Shown one piece after another: positions 51,698-64,000 of a stretch of 64,000 nucleotides of DNA. The translations under genes and the position numbers were made by a program. The stretch comes from Ptychomitrium polyphyllum (lineage: Eukaryota), in contig OZ316775.1 of the NCBI GenBank assembly GCA_973851085.1, forward strand, positions 4,836,001 through 4,900,000. The letters are read 5' to 3'. The notes below the pieces were generated by a model, which was not told the origin of the DNA, did no database searches, and worked only from the letters and a program-made list of their open reading frames with translations. How positions within the stretch are numbered: the first letter of the stretch is position 1; every line of letters begins with the position of its first letter.

Positions 51698-53276
51698 TAC
51701 CGCTTCTGTCCCAAACTCAGCAGCCCTACTACAGCACTCACTCAAATAGCTAGTCCCTCTTCAGAACCTCACCTCCTCTGCGGATAGCCCGCCGATGCTA
51801 AAAACCACACACGCCTCCTGCTAGATTCAAGAACAAAATCTCATCCACTATCAAACTTCGCAATGCATCACCTCCAGAAGCTTAAACCTCCACATCACGC
51901 GATCTGGCTCAAACAAGACCAGGCACTCGAAACAATTACTAAACTAAAGAAGAACCAGCTCAAAATTTCATCTCGGCAACTGAAGTAAGCGAAGTCCATT
52001 AAGGTCACAACCTACTAATATATCGCAATAGGCCTTCTGAACATGCAACGTTGAAACATCCAGTAACGCAAGACGTCCAATGTATTTGCATTGGCCACTG
52101 CGAAGGTCCGCTACCGATGCTCCCATCCAGTCTACCTCAGCTAGTTTCAAAAGAGCAATCCTAGTGCAAGCGAGGTAATCCCGAAAGCTTACCCGTTCCA
52201 GGAACACCTCAATTCCGAAGCATTGGGTACTCTCGACTACCACCGTGAATAAGCACACCAGCGGCGACGCGGTTCTCAAAGAACCGACGCTGCAGAAGAA
52301 TTCCCAGATTCCGAAAATCCGAACCAGTCCGCAGCAGGAAGACCAAAGGGAAACCAGCGGCATTGGAGAGTTACGAAAGAAAAAGTGCGTAAAAGCACGA
52401 GGAGATCGGCCATGGCAGAAAAGCGGAGCTTCAATCGCAAACCCTAGAGCCACACCCCTATAAGAACCTCAGAGATCACAATACCCTGCTATAACAACAA
52501 CAAAACCGCCAAGTCTAATGACCTCAACGGACAGATGTCAAAAATCCATCATCAACACGGTTGTAGGCGAAACCCGGGTGGCACGATAATTCCAGTTGCC
52601 TCACCCAGCAAAACCAGAAGCGCTTGAAAACGCATTTCCAAGCACCAAGGGTTGGATACTCAAGCGCTTTTGAAGTCACAATTGCATTACACTTTCTCGA
52701 CACCAAGGAAAAGCTCTACAAAATCGGAGCTGAAAATGCTTCGAAGTCATTCCCTCGGCACCAATGATTGAAATTCCACCATTGTTCAATATACAAGTGG
52801 TCCAGATCCAGGAGGGCGTCCCACGTTCACTCGAAGACTTTCTCAGAAGATGTCCCAAATACAAACTCAGCCAGCAATCTAGACATCTAAATAAGATCGT
52901 TCTAGAACCGATGGTTGAAATGAAGCAAACTGTACACAACCTCGTAATACGATACTCTTACACTACGCAAGGTGAGGGACAATGCCACTATTGACAACAA
53001 CGACCAACTAAACAAACAGAGAGTACGAATAAATCCAGGCTGGCACTGCGCAGCTGGAGGTGCCGCCACGGTGTCCAGCGCCGCGTGGGTTGTTGACGAG
53101 TGCCCGCCAATGGGGTCGCTCGGGGAGGTGGTGACGCGATCGGGGTCCCCGTCGGCCAATGGGCGCGCCCCATAACGGGGTGTGGGGCAGCGGGGGCCAA
53201 CCAGAGCACAGGGGTGCGCGCGTGGTTTCACACCGACAGGGCCGGGGCAACCAACTTCCAGTCAGTGGCGTCGAAG

Positions 53277-53291
53277 CGAAAATTCCAGAAC
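53277..53291. promoter_or_regulatory. Perfect three-unit heat-shock element upstream of BiP
   Basis: cGAAaaTTCcaGAAc matches nGAAnnTTCnnGAAn. It is ~25 bp before a TATA-like ctatat (53315-53320), with CCAAT boxes at 53107 and 53156. Confidence 0.65.
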
Positions 53292-53574
53292 GAACGAGAG
53301 GCGGGTGAGCCCTACTATATGGCCACTCGCGGTCAGCCGCTCGTCGTGTTTGTGGCCGGAGCATTCGTTGTGATTGCGCTGCCGCATTGTTGCGGGGAGG
53401 AGTCGTCTAGAGGGAGGGGAACCCTGGTAGAATCCCTGTAGAGCCGCTGTTGTCATTTCCAAGTTGTCCGCTTCGGAGGAGTTGCTGCTGCCGGTGGTCG
53501 CTGGAGTTAGGTTTTGGGGGAGGATTGGCGCAGGGGATTGATTGAGTACTTGCTTGCGGCGTCGTTGGGGCACC

Positions 53575-55572
53575 ATGGGGATGGGGCGCCGGGCGCTGTT
53601 GGCGCTGGCTCTGGTGTTGGCGTGCGGCGTGGTGGCGAGCCATGGCGCCTCGGCGGAGGAGGCGGCGAAGCTGGGCACCGTGATCGGAATTGACCTGGGC
53701 ACGACGTACTCGTGCGTGGGCGTGTACAAGAACGGGCATGTGGAGATCATCGCCAACGACCAGGGCAACCGTATCACGCCGTCGTGGGTGGCGTTCACGG
53801 ACAACGAGCGGCTGATCGGCGAGGCCGCGAAGAACCAGGCCGCCGCGAACCCTGAGCGGACGGTGTTCGACGTGAAGCGGCTGATCGGGCGCAAGTACGA
53901 GGACAAGGAGGTGCAGAAGGACATCAAGCTGTTCCCGTACAAGATCATCAACAGGGAGGGGAAGCCGCACATCCAGGTGAAGGTGAAGGATGGCGAGGTG
54001 AAGGTTTTCACGCCGGAGGAGATCAGCGCCATGGTGTTGATCAAGATGAAGGAGACGGCGGAGGCGTACCTGGGGAAGAAGATCAAGGACGCCGTGGTGA
54101 CGGTGCCGGCGTACTTCAACGACGCCCAGCGGCAGGCCACGAAGGACGCGGGGGTGATCGCGGGGCTGAATGTGGCTCGCATCATCAACGAGCCGACCGC
54201 GGCCGCGATCGCGTACGGGCTGGACAAGAAGGGCGGGGAGAAGAACATCCTGGTGTTCGATTTGGGCGGCGGCACGTTCGACGTGAGCGTCCTGACGATC
54301 GACAACGGCGTGTTCGAGGTGCTGTCGACGAACGGCGACACTCACTTGGGAGGCGAGGACTTCGACCAGCGCATCATGGAGTACTTCATTAAGCTGATCA
54401 AGAAGAAGTACAACGTGGACATCGGCAAGGACAAGAAGGCGATCGGGAAGCTGCGGAGGGAGGCCGAGAGGGCGAAGAGGGCCCTGAGCAACCAGCACCA
54501 GATCCGCGTGGAGATCGAATCCCTGTTCGACGGCGTGGACTTTTCGGAGCCCCTGACGCGCGCTAGGTTTGAGGAGCTGAACAACGATCTGTTCCGGAAG
54601 ACGATGGGCCCGGTGAAGAAGGCAATGGACGACGCCGGTCTTCAGAAGACGGACATCCAGGAGATCGTGCTGGTGGGAGGCAGCACGCGCATTCCGAAGG
54701 TGCAGCAGCTGTTGAGGGATTACTTCGACGGCAAGGAGCCGAACAAGGGCGTGAACCCGGACGAGGCGGTGGCGTACGGGGCGGCGGTGCAGGGCGGGAT
54801 TTTGAGCGGAGAGGGAGGCGAGGAGACGAAGGACATTCTGTTGTTGGATGTGGCGCCCCTGACGCTGGGTATCGAGACGGTCGGGGGAGTGATGACGAAG
54901 TTGATCCCGAGGAACACCGTGATTCCCACGAAGAAGTCGCAGGTGTTCACGACGTATCAGGACCAGCAGACGACGGTGTCGATCCAGGTGTTCGAGGGCG
55001 AGCGCAGTCTGACGAAGGACTGCCACGAGCTGGGGAAATTCGACCTGACGGGCATTCCCGCAGCTCCTCGGGGGGTTCCCCAGATCGAGGTGACGTTCGA
55101 GATCGACGCGAACGGCATTTTGAACGTGAAGGCGGAGGACAAGGGCACGGGCAAGTCGGAGAAGATCGTGATTACGAACGACAAGGGTCGTCTGAGCCAG
55201 GAGGACATCGACAGGATGGTGCAGGAGGCGGAGGAGTTCGCGGAGGAGGACAAGAAGGTGAAGGAGAGGATCGACGCGCGGAACAGCCTGGAGACGTACG
55301 TGTACAACATGAAGAACCAGCTGGCGGACAAGCTGGGTGAGAAGATCGAGGCCGAGGATAAGGAGACGATCGAGACGGCGATGAAGGAGGCTCTGGAGTG
55401 GTTGGACGACAACCAGAGCGCGGAGAAGGAAGACTTCCAGGAGAAGCTGAAGGAGGTGGAGGGCATCTGTAACCCGATCGTGACGAAGCTGTACCAGGCC
55501 GCCGGTGGGGCTGGCGGGGCCGGCGCACCGGAGGACGGGGACAGCGAGGAGGATAGCCACGAGGAGCTGTAG
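53575..55572 (+). CDS. BIP: Luminal binding protein BiP (ER HSP70), intronless CDS
   Basis: Signal peptide, [53 protein letters not shown] and C-terminal ER retrieval signal HEEL. Confidence 0.97.
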   Translation: MGMGRRALLALALVLACGVVASHGASAEEAAKLGTVIGIDLGTTYSCVGVYKNGHVEIIANDQGNRITPSWVAFTDNERLIGEAAKNQAAANPERTVFDVKRLIGRKYEDKEVQKDIKLFPYKIINREGKPHIQVKVKDGEVKVFTPEEISAMVLIKMKETAEAYLGKKIKDAVVTVPAYFNDAQRQATKDAGVIAGLNVARIINEPTAAAIAYGLDKKGGEKNILVFDLGGGTFDVSVLTIDNGVFEVLSTNGDTHLGGEDFDQRIMEYFIKLIKKKYNVDIGKDKKAIGKLRREAERAKRALSNQHQIRVEIESLFDGVDFSEPLTRARFEELNNDLFRKTMGPVKKAMDDAGLQKTDIQEIVLVGGSTRIPKVQQLLRDYFDGKEPNKGVNPDEAVAYGAAVQGGILSGEGGEETKDILLLDVAPLTLGIETVGGVMTKLIPRNTVIPTKKSQVFTTYQDQQTTVSIQVFEGERSLTKDCHELGKFDLTGIPAAPRGVPQIEVTFEIDANGILNVKAEDKGTGKSEKIVITNDKGRLSQEDIDRMVQEAEEFAEEDKKVKERIDARNSLETYVYNMKNQLADKLGEKIEAEDKETIETAMKEALEWLDDNQSAEKEDFQEKLKEVEGICNPIVTKLYQAAGGAGGAGAPEDGDSEEDSHEEL

Positions 55573-58500
55573 GCTAGTGGGTGAGCGTGGGCTCGCGCGC
55601 CCAGCTCGTTCGCAGGAGGACCTGCCAGTGGAAGGCTGCGGATGCGAGACGCCCTGCGGGTAGGGACCAGTGAGGCTGAGACCGGTCGAGGGGATCTGAG
55701 AGTCCCTGCGACTGCATTGTTCGAGAGAGGGAGGGGTATGGGGCCTCGACGCAGTACAGTGATCGCTGGAGATCGCGAGTAAGCGAACGAGCGTGTAGAG
55801 CGGGTGATCGAGCAGAGGGAAGTGTTCGTGTGGGAGTTTTTTTCGACATTTCCCACCTCGTTGAGGAGATTTTTTAATGTCCCGTTTGGCCGTCTGGATG
55901 GCGGTCGCTGTAAATTCTTAGATTCTTTACAATGGAGAAGCGCTGGTTTGGGCCATGTTATTGTCACGTGGATATGTTTGATGTTTTTGGTTGATGTTTG
56001 ATGTTTGATGTTTGATGTTACATGTGAATGTTGTTGGTCGAATGTGTGGTCGCGGATCCGAGTGTTTGGAGGTTGTTGAATCCTCGCTGTTTTGTTTGTG
56101 TGGGCCTCGTTTTGCTTGGCGTCTGTGGAGCATATTGAAGCTGGTTAGGATTGTTAGGTTCTCGGGTCAGTTGTGTGTTGGACGGAATTGGGGTTATCGC
56201 TATGTGGAGTGGGTCCGAGTTTGTTACAGTTTAGGATGAGGAGGACGTGTTAAAAGGCCGTCGGATCTGCTGCAGGGGATGATAGGCATTTGCATGTAGG
56301 AGGTGTTGTCGAGTTGCTTATTGGTTTTGTACTCCGGTCAAAGCGCTATGGTGTGGAGCTGGGTGTGTTCGAAGCTGGCGATACAAAGGAATGAGGGGTG
56401 GACGTTGTCGGTTTGCGTCAGCTTGGTATTTGTGGTGGTATTCGCAGCTGCGAGAGGGCCGCTACTGGCAGGTGGTGCGTCTGAGTGGCGCGTGAACATG
56501 AACTGGTTACATTGATTGTTTTGAGGGTTCTCTCAATTTCACGGAGTTGATGATTCGGAGAAGAATTCGTCCTGAAAGTGCGTCTATGAAGGATGCATAT
56601 TGTTTATTATTTCTGTAAGCAACGATTGCTCGTGGTGGCCGAGGATTCAGCAAGCGTGGTAGAACTACAGACAGACGTTGTGCAGGTGAAGGTTTTTTTG
56701 AAGTCGGTACTTTTATTTTGTGGAATTGTGTTCACTTTGTATTTGACGGAAAAATGTTTCTTTGAGAAAGAGTTTGGGAATGGAAAGAAGGGCGAAAAAG
56801 AGCATGGAAATAGAATGAGCAACAATGAGGAGGATATTTCAACAAGGCCTTTCAAAATGTGAAGCAATACTACAATGTACGCTTCAATAATAGAGCAGAG
56901 CATTGTTAGTTATAACTTCTCTGGATAATATTGAAGAAGAACACATCTCTTTGTTTAATTCAAGTTCTAGAGTTTAGAATGTACATTCAAATTGTACGAC
57001 TCTAATGACTTAGAAAGAGGTGGTTAGGGAGATGTTACATCAAATATAATGTGCTTATATTTGATATAAGGGGAATGGATACCAAAAGAAAGGTGATACC
57101 ACCCAAAGGGACAAGCTCCTTTGCAGCATTCAACCATAGGGAAGGCCTTTAAGTAGATCAAATGTGTTTTTTTTCTTTTTTTGTGGCAAGTTTATTTCAT
57201 TTGTTTCCATGGTGGTTTTGATGAATGAGTCTTCTTTCTAAAAAAAATATCTGTTTGGTAAATTGTTGACTACCAAACTCATGAAAAACCGCTTGTATTC
57301 CAAGAGAGTTGTGGTATTTAATTTTGGACATCATTGTCATTAATCTTGTAACAACAAGGCCAAAAATTTTAATCCATAATCTTGGTATGGTGGAGACGTC
57401 TTTCCATAAATCCAGCGGTTCAAAATCATTAAAAAATTCAAACTTACTAAAAATTGTATTTTTTTAGTTTTGTATTCTTTTATATTATACAAATGGCTAT
57501 CTTATGGTCAACATGTCAAATATTTACAAGTTTGCATCTTTTCTATAACATTTTGGCAATTTCTTATGCTTGATAGATTTTTATAAGGTGATTTTGCTAA
57601 TGATCACTTTAAAAAGTTACGTGAGCAACAATTCCATTTTGGTATTATAATAGAGAGCATCTCCATTTTATATCCTAATATTGTACATCCAAGTTGGAGT
57701 TTGATGTACAGTCATGAAAACTTCTCCTTGCTCTAGCCAGCTCTTGTTACAATAGTTGGCATTCTTTAAATGTTAAGCCTCTCGAGCAAAAAAAAGATAA
57801 CATTTAAAGATCTATAGCATATAACAAATAAAGAAGGTTAGTTTTTAAAAAATCACATTTATATAGATAACGTTAATCACATGTGAAAATTGCAAAAAAT
57901 AACAATTATCAATAATATGAGGTACATATGGAATAACATAACAATCAAAAAAACTTCTACCTTAGTGATTGTATTATTGGAAAATACTTATCAATAGTGC
58001 TTTGGTGGATGCACTCAATTTGAAGTTTTGCTAAATCCTTTTCAATAGATTTTAACTTGGAACTAAGATGATGAATTGTCATGGGATGTTGCTCAAGTTT
58101 GGTGTGAATAAATTGAAATGCTTTAGTTACATTTGAAAATTCAACTTTGTAGAGGTGGTTGCACCAACTTTGTCACTTCATTATTTTTTCATATTACATA
58201 TACTAATAGAAATATCATATACTAGTAGAAATAACAAAAGTAATATTTATCAATGGTGGATTTACAAAAGAGAGAACATAGAGTCTCTTAAGTTGTCTAA
58301 CATTTAACATATAACATTTTTAAGTGTATCTTTTTTGAAAGTGCCAAAAAGATAACAATTAGAGCAATACAATGTTTAAAGAAGTAGCATTTAAAGAAGG
58401 TTGTCTATATGTTCCAAAATTCTAGGACATAAAAATTAGAATTTGGACAATGTGGAGGTCTTGGTCTATTTTAAGAAAGGCTTGATAATATGAAGAGGCT

Positions 58501-59269
58501 AAGTTAGAGATTGAAAACCTTGGAAGCTAATTTATCCTCTAAAAATAAATTAAAGGATTGCTCAGTCTAGACAAATGGATTGCCACCTACATTTGGAGCT
58601 TGGGAAGTCATTAAACTCAAGACCACCAATGATCACTTGGGCGTGTGAAATTGTAAATAAGATGTTGTTTGAAGAATTTGCATGGTAGGGAGCTAAATGT
58701 TATTCTTATGGGGTATGTGTTTTTGATTATCTTTTTTTGAAATTTGGATGGGGCTTGTGAGTTCAAATTTAATATTACATTATATAGTTTGTAGTGTTTA
58801 TTTAATGTATTTCAAATGGATTTTTTCTAAAAAATAGAATATATATTTTGTTGAATTTTTTTATTTTTTATTTATTCATATTTTATAATGTCTTCTAAAT
58901 CTATGGTTTTGGTTTTTGGAAATGTGTATGAGATAATTTTATTTTTTTTTGGTTTAATTGTATATCATATTTTTGCTTTTTAAAGGATTGAAACCTTGTA
59001 GTAAATATCACATATTGTATCAAAATTCATAGATTTAATAATTTTGATAAAAAAGTATTCACATCCAATTGCTCTGTCAAAATTTTTTAAGTCCATCATA
59101 TCAGGTTTTAAATATGGGCACAAACTTAATTAGTAGATATAGTCATTAAAAAATGTCGTTTTTCATATCTGTATGTGCGTGTGTGCATATGTATGTATGT
59201 AAATATATATAACTATATATATTAAATAACAAGACAAAGTTACAATCTCTTTGACATCATCTATTATCA

Positions 59270-59978
59270 AAATGGCAACAAATTTAAGTTTTTGGTACAA
59301 GAACTTGGATTAATTTATGAGTGCGTGTATTCAAAATTGTCTTTAAGCAAGGTAAGATATGTTGGTTTTAAAATTTATCATTACTTATCCAACTGGTAGC
59401 CTACAATATAAACCAAATGTTTTGGTTGAAAGAACTTATTTGGCTCCTAAATCTGAAGATGAAGTTTTAAATCAACAAAAGATTATTTTGTTGAAGCTAC
59501 AAAATCTTCAATTGAAAGCAGCAATTATTACCGCAACATTCCATCTTGACAAAATATGGACGGCTTTCAGGAATGATGTCTTTCTTTCAAGTATAAGGAA
59601 ATTCCTCAAAAACAACGTAGATGTTATAAATAATGATGAAGACTTCGAATTTTAAGAGGGCTTACTTTATTATAAAAGACTTTTGTACCTACTTCCATAT
59701 CCTTTGCAATAAAGATCCTTCAAGCACATCATAATTTTCTAGCAGCAAGACATTTTGGATTTAATAAAAAAATGGAGTTGATTGCTAGAGATTATTGGTG
59801 GTTACAAATGTAGAAATATGTGAAGGACTTTGTTTGATCATGCGATACTTGTGCAAGGGCCAAAGTACCAAGACACCAACCTCGTAGTTTCTCCATCATT
59901 TGTCTTTAGTGCCACAAGTGCCATGGTTGTCATTGTCAATGGATTTTATCACGGACCTTCCAAACTTCAATTCTAAAA
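59270..59978 (+). mobile_element. Heavily decayed Ty3/gypsy pol remnant (end of RNase H, integrase zinc finger and start of core)
   Basis: Broken frames read FKFIITY..G...KP, H....A.HFGFNK..ELIARDYWW.QM*KYVKDFV*SCDTCARAKVPRH and PWLSLSMDFITDLP. Truncated where the LTR begins. Confidence 0.8.
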
Positions 59979-61998
59979 TGTCCCAACCCTTGCAATTACT
60001 TTAGCAAGCGTTACGCGCGTCAACCCTGTACACCCCCACATGCACATGGTTAACCCTCATTCTCACCTTCCAAACTCTTTCTACCATTTTTCTTAGGACA
60101 CCGAATTTATTAGTAGCCAATGGTTATGTGCGGACTTCCATTCATGTCCANNNNNNNNNNNNNNNNNNNNNNNNNNNNNNNNNNNNNNNNNNNNNNNNNN
60201 NNNNNNNNNNNNNNNNNNNNNNNNNNNNNNNNNNNNNNNNNNNNNNNNNNCCGGTGGACGGCCGGTTTCACAAAGGGAACTAGCACGTTCAAAAGGATAC
60301 GCTTGTTACCACTAAATTGAGGTGGTGTCTCCTCATCACCACTCATGATGCCCAAGTGATCCTGAGATCACTCCGGGCCATCACGGTGCCGGCGTGAAGA
60401 CACCACCCCAATTTAGTGGTAACAAGCGTATCCTTTTGAACGTGCTAGTTCCCTTTGTGAAACCGGCCGTCCACCAGCTCACAATGGTGTAGGAGTCCCC
60501 GTGGTGAAGCCCCAACACTAGCTCCACCAACCGAGATTCACTCTTGGTCTCTACCGAGACACTAGGGGAGTGGGGAGGGGGACCAGCCCTCCCTTATAGT
60601 ACTCTCTGTGGGGTTCGGTAAGCCCCCTGGCCCTCTGGAGCTAGCTGAACCCCGACACACCTAGAGTTTTGGAAGACCACCCGATCCCCCTTAGGACTTA
60701 GCCGCTGGAAGCCTCCGGGACTCCCAGCGGACCTTCAGGGCGCCATATCTTCTTCATCCGGTGCCCGAATGTATCAAGCAACCACTCTATCGTCATCTAC
60801 TCTTCTTGTAGATGCCGATGGACTCCTCAAACGTCCGGTTTGAGTTAGTATTGTGGGAGATACGCCTCTCACAAGGTTCGGGACTCCCGGGGAGTGCTTC
60901 CCTGGACTATCCCACTCCAGCACAGTCACTGTGTAGGGCTGCCACACTCCAGAACAGCCCCTTGGCAACCCCAACTTTGGAGCGCCATAACTTTTAGCTC
61001 CCATGTCCGATTTGGGCAATCCTTAGTATTCTAGAGTCAGCTCTTCATGATTCCTTTAATGCCTACGATTTATCCCTCGTGGAACTCGATCTACATGGGC
61101 GAGGATGTTTCTTCCCCTAGGGGTCCTTCCCATGTTAGGCCCACTCGGTTCTCCTCACTATCGGCGCCACAAGTCCCGGATGTCACTTCGGGGTCCCCCT
61201 TGTGCCCTTAGTGTTGTGGGCACTCCTCAGGGCGGGGTACGCGACACTCACTTCCATCCAAATGGAGTCGATGCGCTCATCGACTATACTTGTAGTCGGC
61301 ACACCAAATCCAAGGTTGCCATCCTCTAGTGGTGCAGCATTGTGTTTCATCCAGAGTGCAACCCCCACAATGCACTCATATGTCTTTGGCAATGTCTCAA
61401 AGGTGTCGTTTAGGAGGTGGTCTGTTTAGGCACTCTAGACAAAAATCTTTGGGGCCCTAAACTATTTTAGACCTACCTACTTTGAGACCCTCTTGGGATA
61501 CACTCCCTAGTTAGGCTACACTTCCCTAACTCCTCCTTTTGACTAGGCTGGACCTCAATGCTCCACCAAATTGTCTTGGTTGCAAACCCAAGGTGGCTTT
61601 TATTCCACGACTCGATCGCACGGGGGTAATGCCAAGTTCCGCCCAATCTGGATCCCACTATCTCTATTGAGACATGGGTTCATGACTCCCATGCACTAAC
61701 TTTTGTTAGTTTGTAGGAGTGGCGCTTTTTATGAGCACGCGCCATTACCTTGTCCTCGCCCGAACAAGCCCGAGGCGAGGAGGTTTCATGGTTTTAACCA
61801 TTCCTCCTCCCAGCCTTGGTCCCCATTACTTGGCCTTCCCAACTTGGTTTCACATGTCTATTTCCCCTCTTCTACCAACATAGCACAAGCACAAGACTAG
61901 GACGTCATCTTATACTCTTCTCTTTGCACACACAAAAGTTGAACTTTATTGCCATAAGTCAAAGAACCAATACATGATGTGAAGAAATTACTGCTACA
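59979..61998 (-). mobile_element. 3' LTR (~2 kb, contains an N gap) of the chromodomain gypsy element
   Basis: TG...CA termini (tgtccc at 59979; ...gctaca at 61998). Adjacent minus-strand polypurine tract AGGGGGAGAGAGG at ~62001-62013 follows the pol stop. The left edge coincides with the break in the older element. Confidence 0.75.
60253..60475. repeat. Fold-back inverted repeat inside the LTR
   Basis: 60253-60330 is the reverse complement of 60398-60475 with one mismatch. Imperfect inner pairing continues to a 4 nt loop at 60362-60365. Confidence 0.9.
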
Positions 61999-62036
61999 AG
62001 CCTCTCTCCCCCTACTAAAAGAGATTGATGTCCTCA

Positions 62037-64000
62037 TCAATGCCGACGTTGTCTTTTGTTGGAGTTCCTATCCCTTTCAAAGCGTTCCACCACTTCATTG
62101 GCATTTTCCAAGTCTTTGGTCGCTACCCAAATTGCTTCCTTCTCATGGTACCCTCTCCACTTCACCAAATACTCTTTTCCTACTTTCTTGTGGTGCCTAC
62201 ACTTGAGAATTCCTTCCACTTCGTATTCCAAGTGGTCGCCTACCAATTCCGGCGGTGGCCAAATCACTTGTTTGCGATTGGGCCACAAGGTATCTTTTTT
62301 AAATGGCTTGAGAAGTGAGACATGAAATGTTGGGTGCACTTTGATTTTGGGTGGTAGCTCCAACTTGTACACGTCTTTAAACATCCGCTCCACAATGGAA
62401 AACGGCCCTGCAAACTTGAACATGAACTTTAGAGTGAGGCCTTCGGGCAGGCTAAAGTTCTTCACATTCAACAATACCTTTTGGCCTACTTCATACTCCA
62501 CTTCACGTCTTCCGGCATTGACTTGTTTCTCGTACCGCTTTTGTGCCTTTTCCAACAAAAACTTGGTCTTCTCGAACATCTGTTCTCGCTTTTTGGCCAA
62601 GTCCTCATCATCTTGGTTAAACTCTAGTGTTGAATGTGCCCCTTGGAGAGCTAAGTCAGCAGGTTGGAATGGTTCCATTCCATAGGCCACCTTAAATGGC
62701 GACTGCTTTGTCGCCGAATGGTTGGCCGCATTGTAACTGAACTCCGCAAGACTCACATATTCCACCCAATTGCACTGGTCCGCACTCACATAGTTTTTCA
62801 AGTATTTGTTCAAGAGTCCATTCACTCGTTCCGTTTGCCCATCCGTTTGAGGATGGAAGGCAGTGCTAAATGTCAATTTGGTTCCTACTTTCTTAAAAAA
62901 AATGTTTCCAAAAAGCACTAATGAATTTTGGATTTCGATCTGACACAATCACTCTCGGCAACCCGTGGTGTTTCCACCATGCATCGAGGAATAGCTTTGC
63001 GGTGTCATGTGCAGCTACGGTTTCTCTAGTTGGCATCATGTGCGCCAACTTGCTAAAGCGATTCACCATCACAAAGATGGCATCATGCCCGTGCGAATCC
63101 GGAAGACTTGTGCTGAAGTCCATGGACACGCTATGCCATGGACCCGACGGAATTGGCAAAGGTTGTAGTAGACCGGCTTGCTTTTGATAAGAAGCTCTAT
63201 TCAGCTGGCACTTCACACAAGTTTTCACAAAGTCGGTGATGTCTGCTTTCATGCCCGGCCAATAGTACCTTCTTGACACCGCCGCTATGGTGGTTTTTCC
63301 CCTCTATGGCCGGCTCTGGGACTATTGTGTTCTTCTTTCAAAACCAACAACCGTAGTTTTCCTTGAGGCACATACACTCGACTTTGTTTGTACTTGAGCA
63401 ATCCCTTCTCCAACTTAATTTCCTTAAGTTTCTTACCCTTCTTAAGCTCGCCGAGAAGCCTTTGTGCTTCGGAGTCCTTCATGTACCCCTCTCTTATCTT
63501 CCTTTCCAAATTGCCTTCTGCCTTGTACATTACTTGCAGGACTTGGGTTGTGCCCATCGCTTGCAACTCCTCCCGCCTACTTAGAGCATCCGGCACTACA
63601 TTGTCACGCCCCGGCTTGTGGATCAAATCCACATTCATGAGTGCTAAGGTGTTATGCCACCTCAATTGTTTTGCACTCATTTGTGCATGCGACTCAAAGT
63701 ACTTCAAGGACACGTTGTCCGTGTAGACTTTGGTTTTATATAGGCCCAAGTAGTGCCGCCATGTTTTCAAACAATGCACTACGACAAAGAGTTCTTTCTC
63801 GTGCGTGGGCCACCTCTTCTGGCACCCATCCAACTTCTTGCTCTCATAGGCAATTGGCATGCCTTCTTGCATGAGCACTTCGCCAATGGCAAAGTCACTT
63901 GCATCCGTGTGGACCTCAAAGGGCTTTTCAAACTCGGGAAACTTCAATACCGGCGATTGTGACAACTTATCCTTGAGTTCTTGAAAAGCTTGGTGACAAA
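62037..64000 (-). mobile_element. Ty3/gypsy chromovirus pol: RNase H, integrase and chromodomain, with two frameshifts; continues beyond the window
   Basis: FEVHTDASDFAIG, EKEL, NVVPDALSR, H..GH..C..C zinc finger, SVSMDF, IVSDR, HPQTDGQTERVN, GPF motif and chromodomain EYEVEGIL...YLVKWRGY. Frame breaks near 63285 and 62900. Confidence 0.96.

Noticed and set aside
53156..53174. ER stress element (CCAAT-N9-CCACG) in the BiP promoter
   Set aside because: The sequence is CCAAT-N9-CCATA, which does not match the consensus; kept only as a CCAAT box.
53407..55560. 717 aa antisense ORF (and 359 and 336 aa ORFs) opposite BiP
   Set aside because: Long antisense ORFs are a known by-product of HSP70 codon usage at high GC3, and a source of spurious 'NAD-specific glutamate dehydrogenase' annotations. 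No independent domain signal.

Overview
Gene-rich eukaryotic nuclear DNA from a land plant, probably a moss or other bryophyte (inferred from gene content, intron style and element type; not confirmed). It has two 100-N scaffold gaps. Contents in order: a head-to-head pair of 8-exon mitochondrial pyruvate dehydrogenase E1-alpha genes; an intronless DAD1-like phospholipase A1; chloroplast FZO-like GTPase FZL divergent from mitochondrial TIM44; a pectin methylesterase pseudogene fragment; an intronless bacterial-type VOC/PhnB-like gene; a lectin-RLK-type kinase pseudogene; augmin subunit 6; an AT-rich gap; a small unknown gene; a GDSL lipase; a GOS1-type Golgi SNARE divergent from an intronless, GC-rich BiP ending in HEEL; and a chromodomain Ty3/gypsy element inserted into an older decayed gypsy. 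The most notable structures are: (1) the PDH pair, whose promoter and exon 1 form a near-identical ~1.24 kb palindrome while the downstream introns are unalignable, suggesting local gene conversion; (2) a ~220 nt fold-back inside the LTR; (3) the possibly horizontally acquired VOC gene. I found no clear new multi-gene system. Exon boundaries were read by eye.
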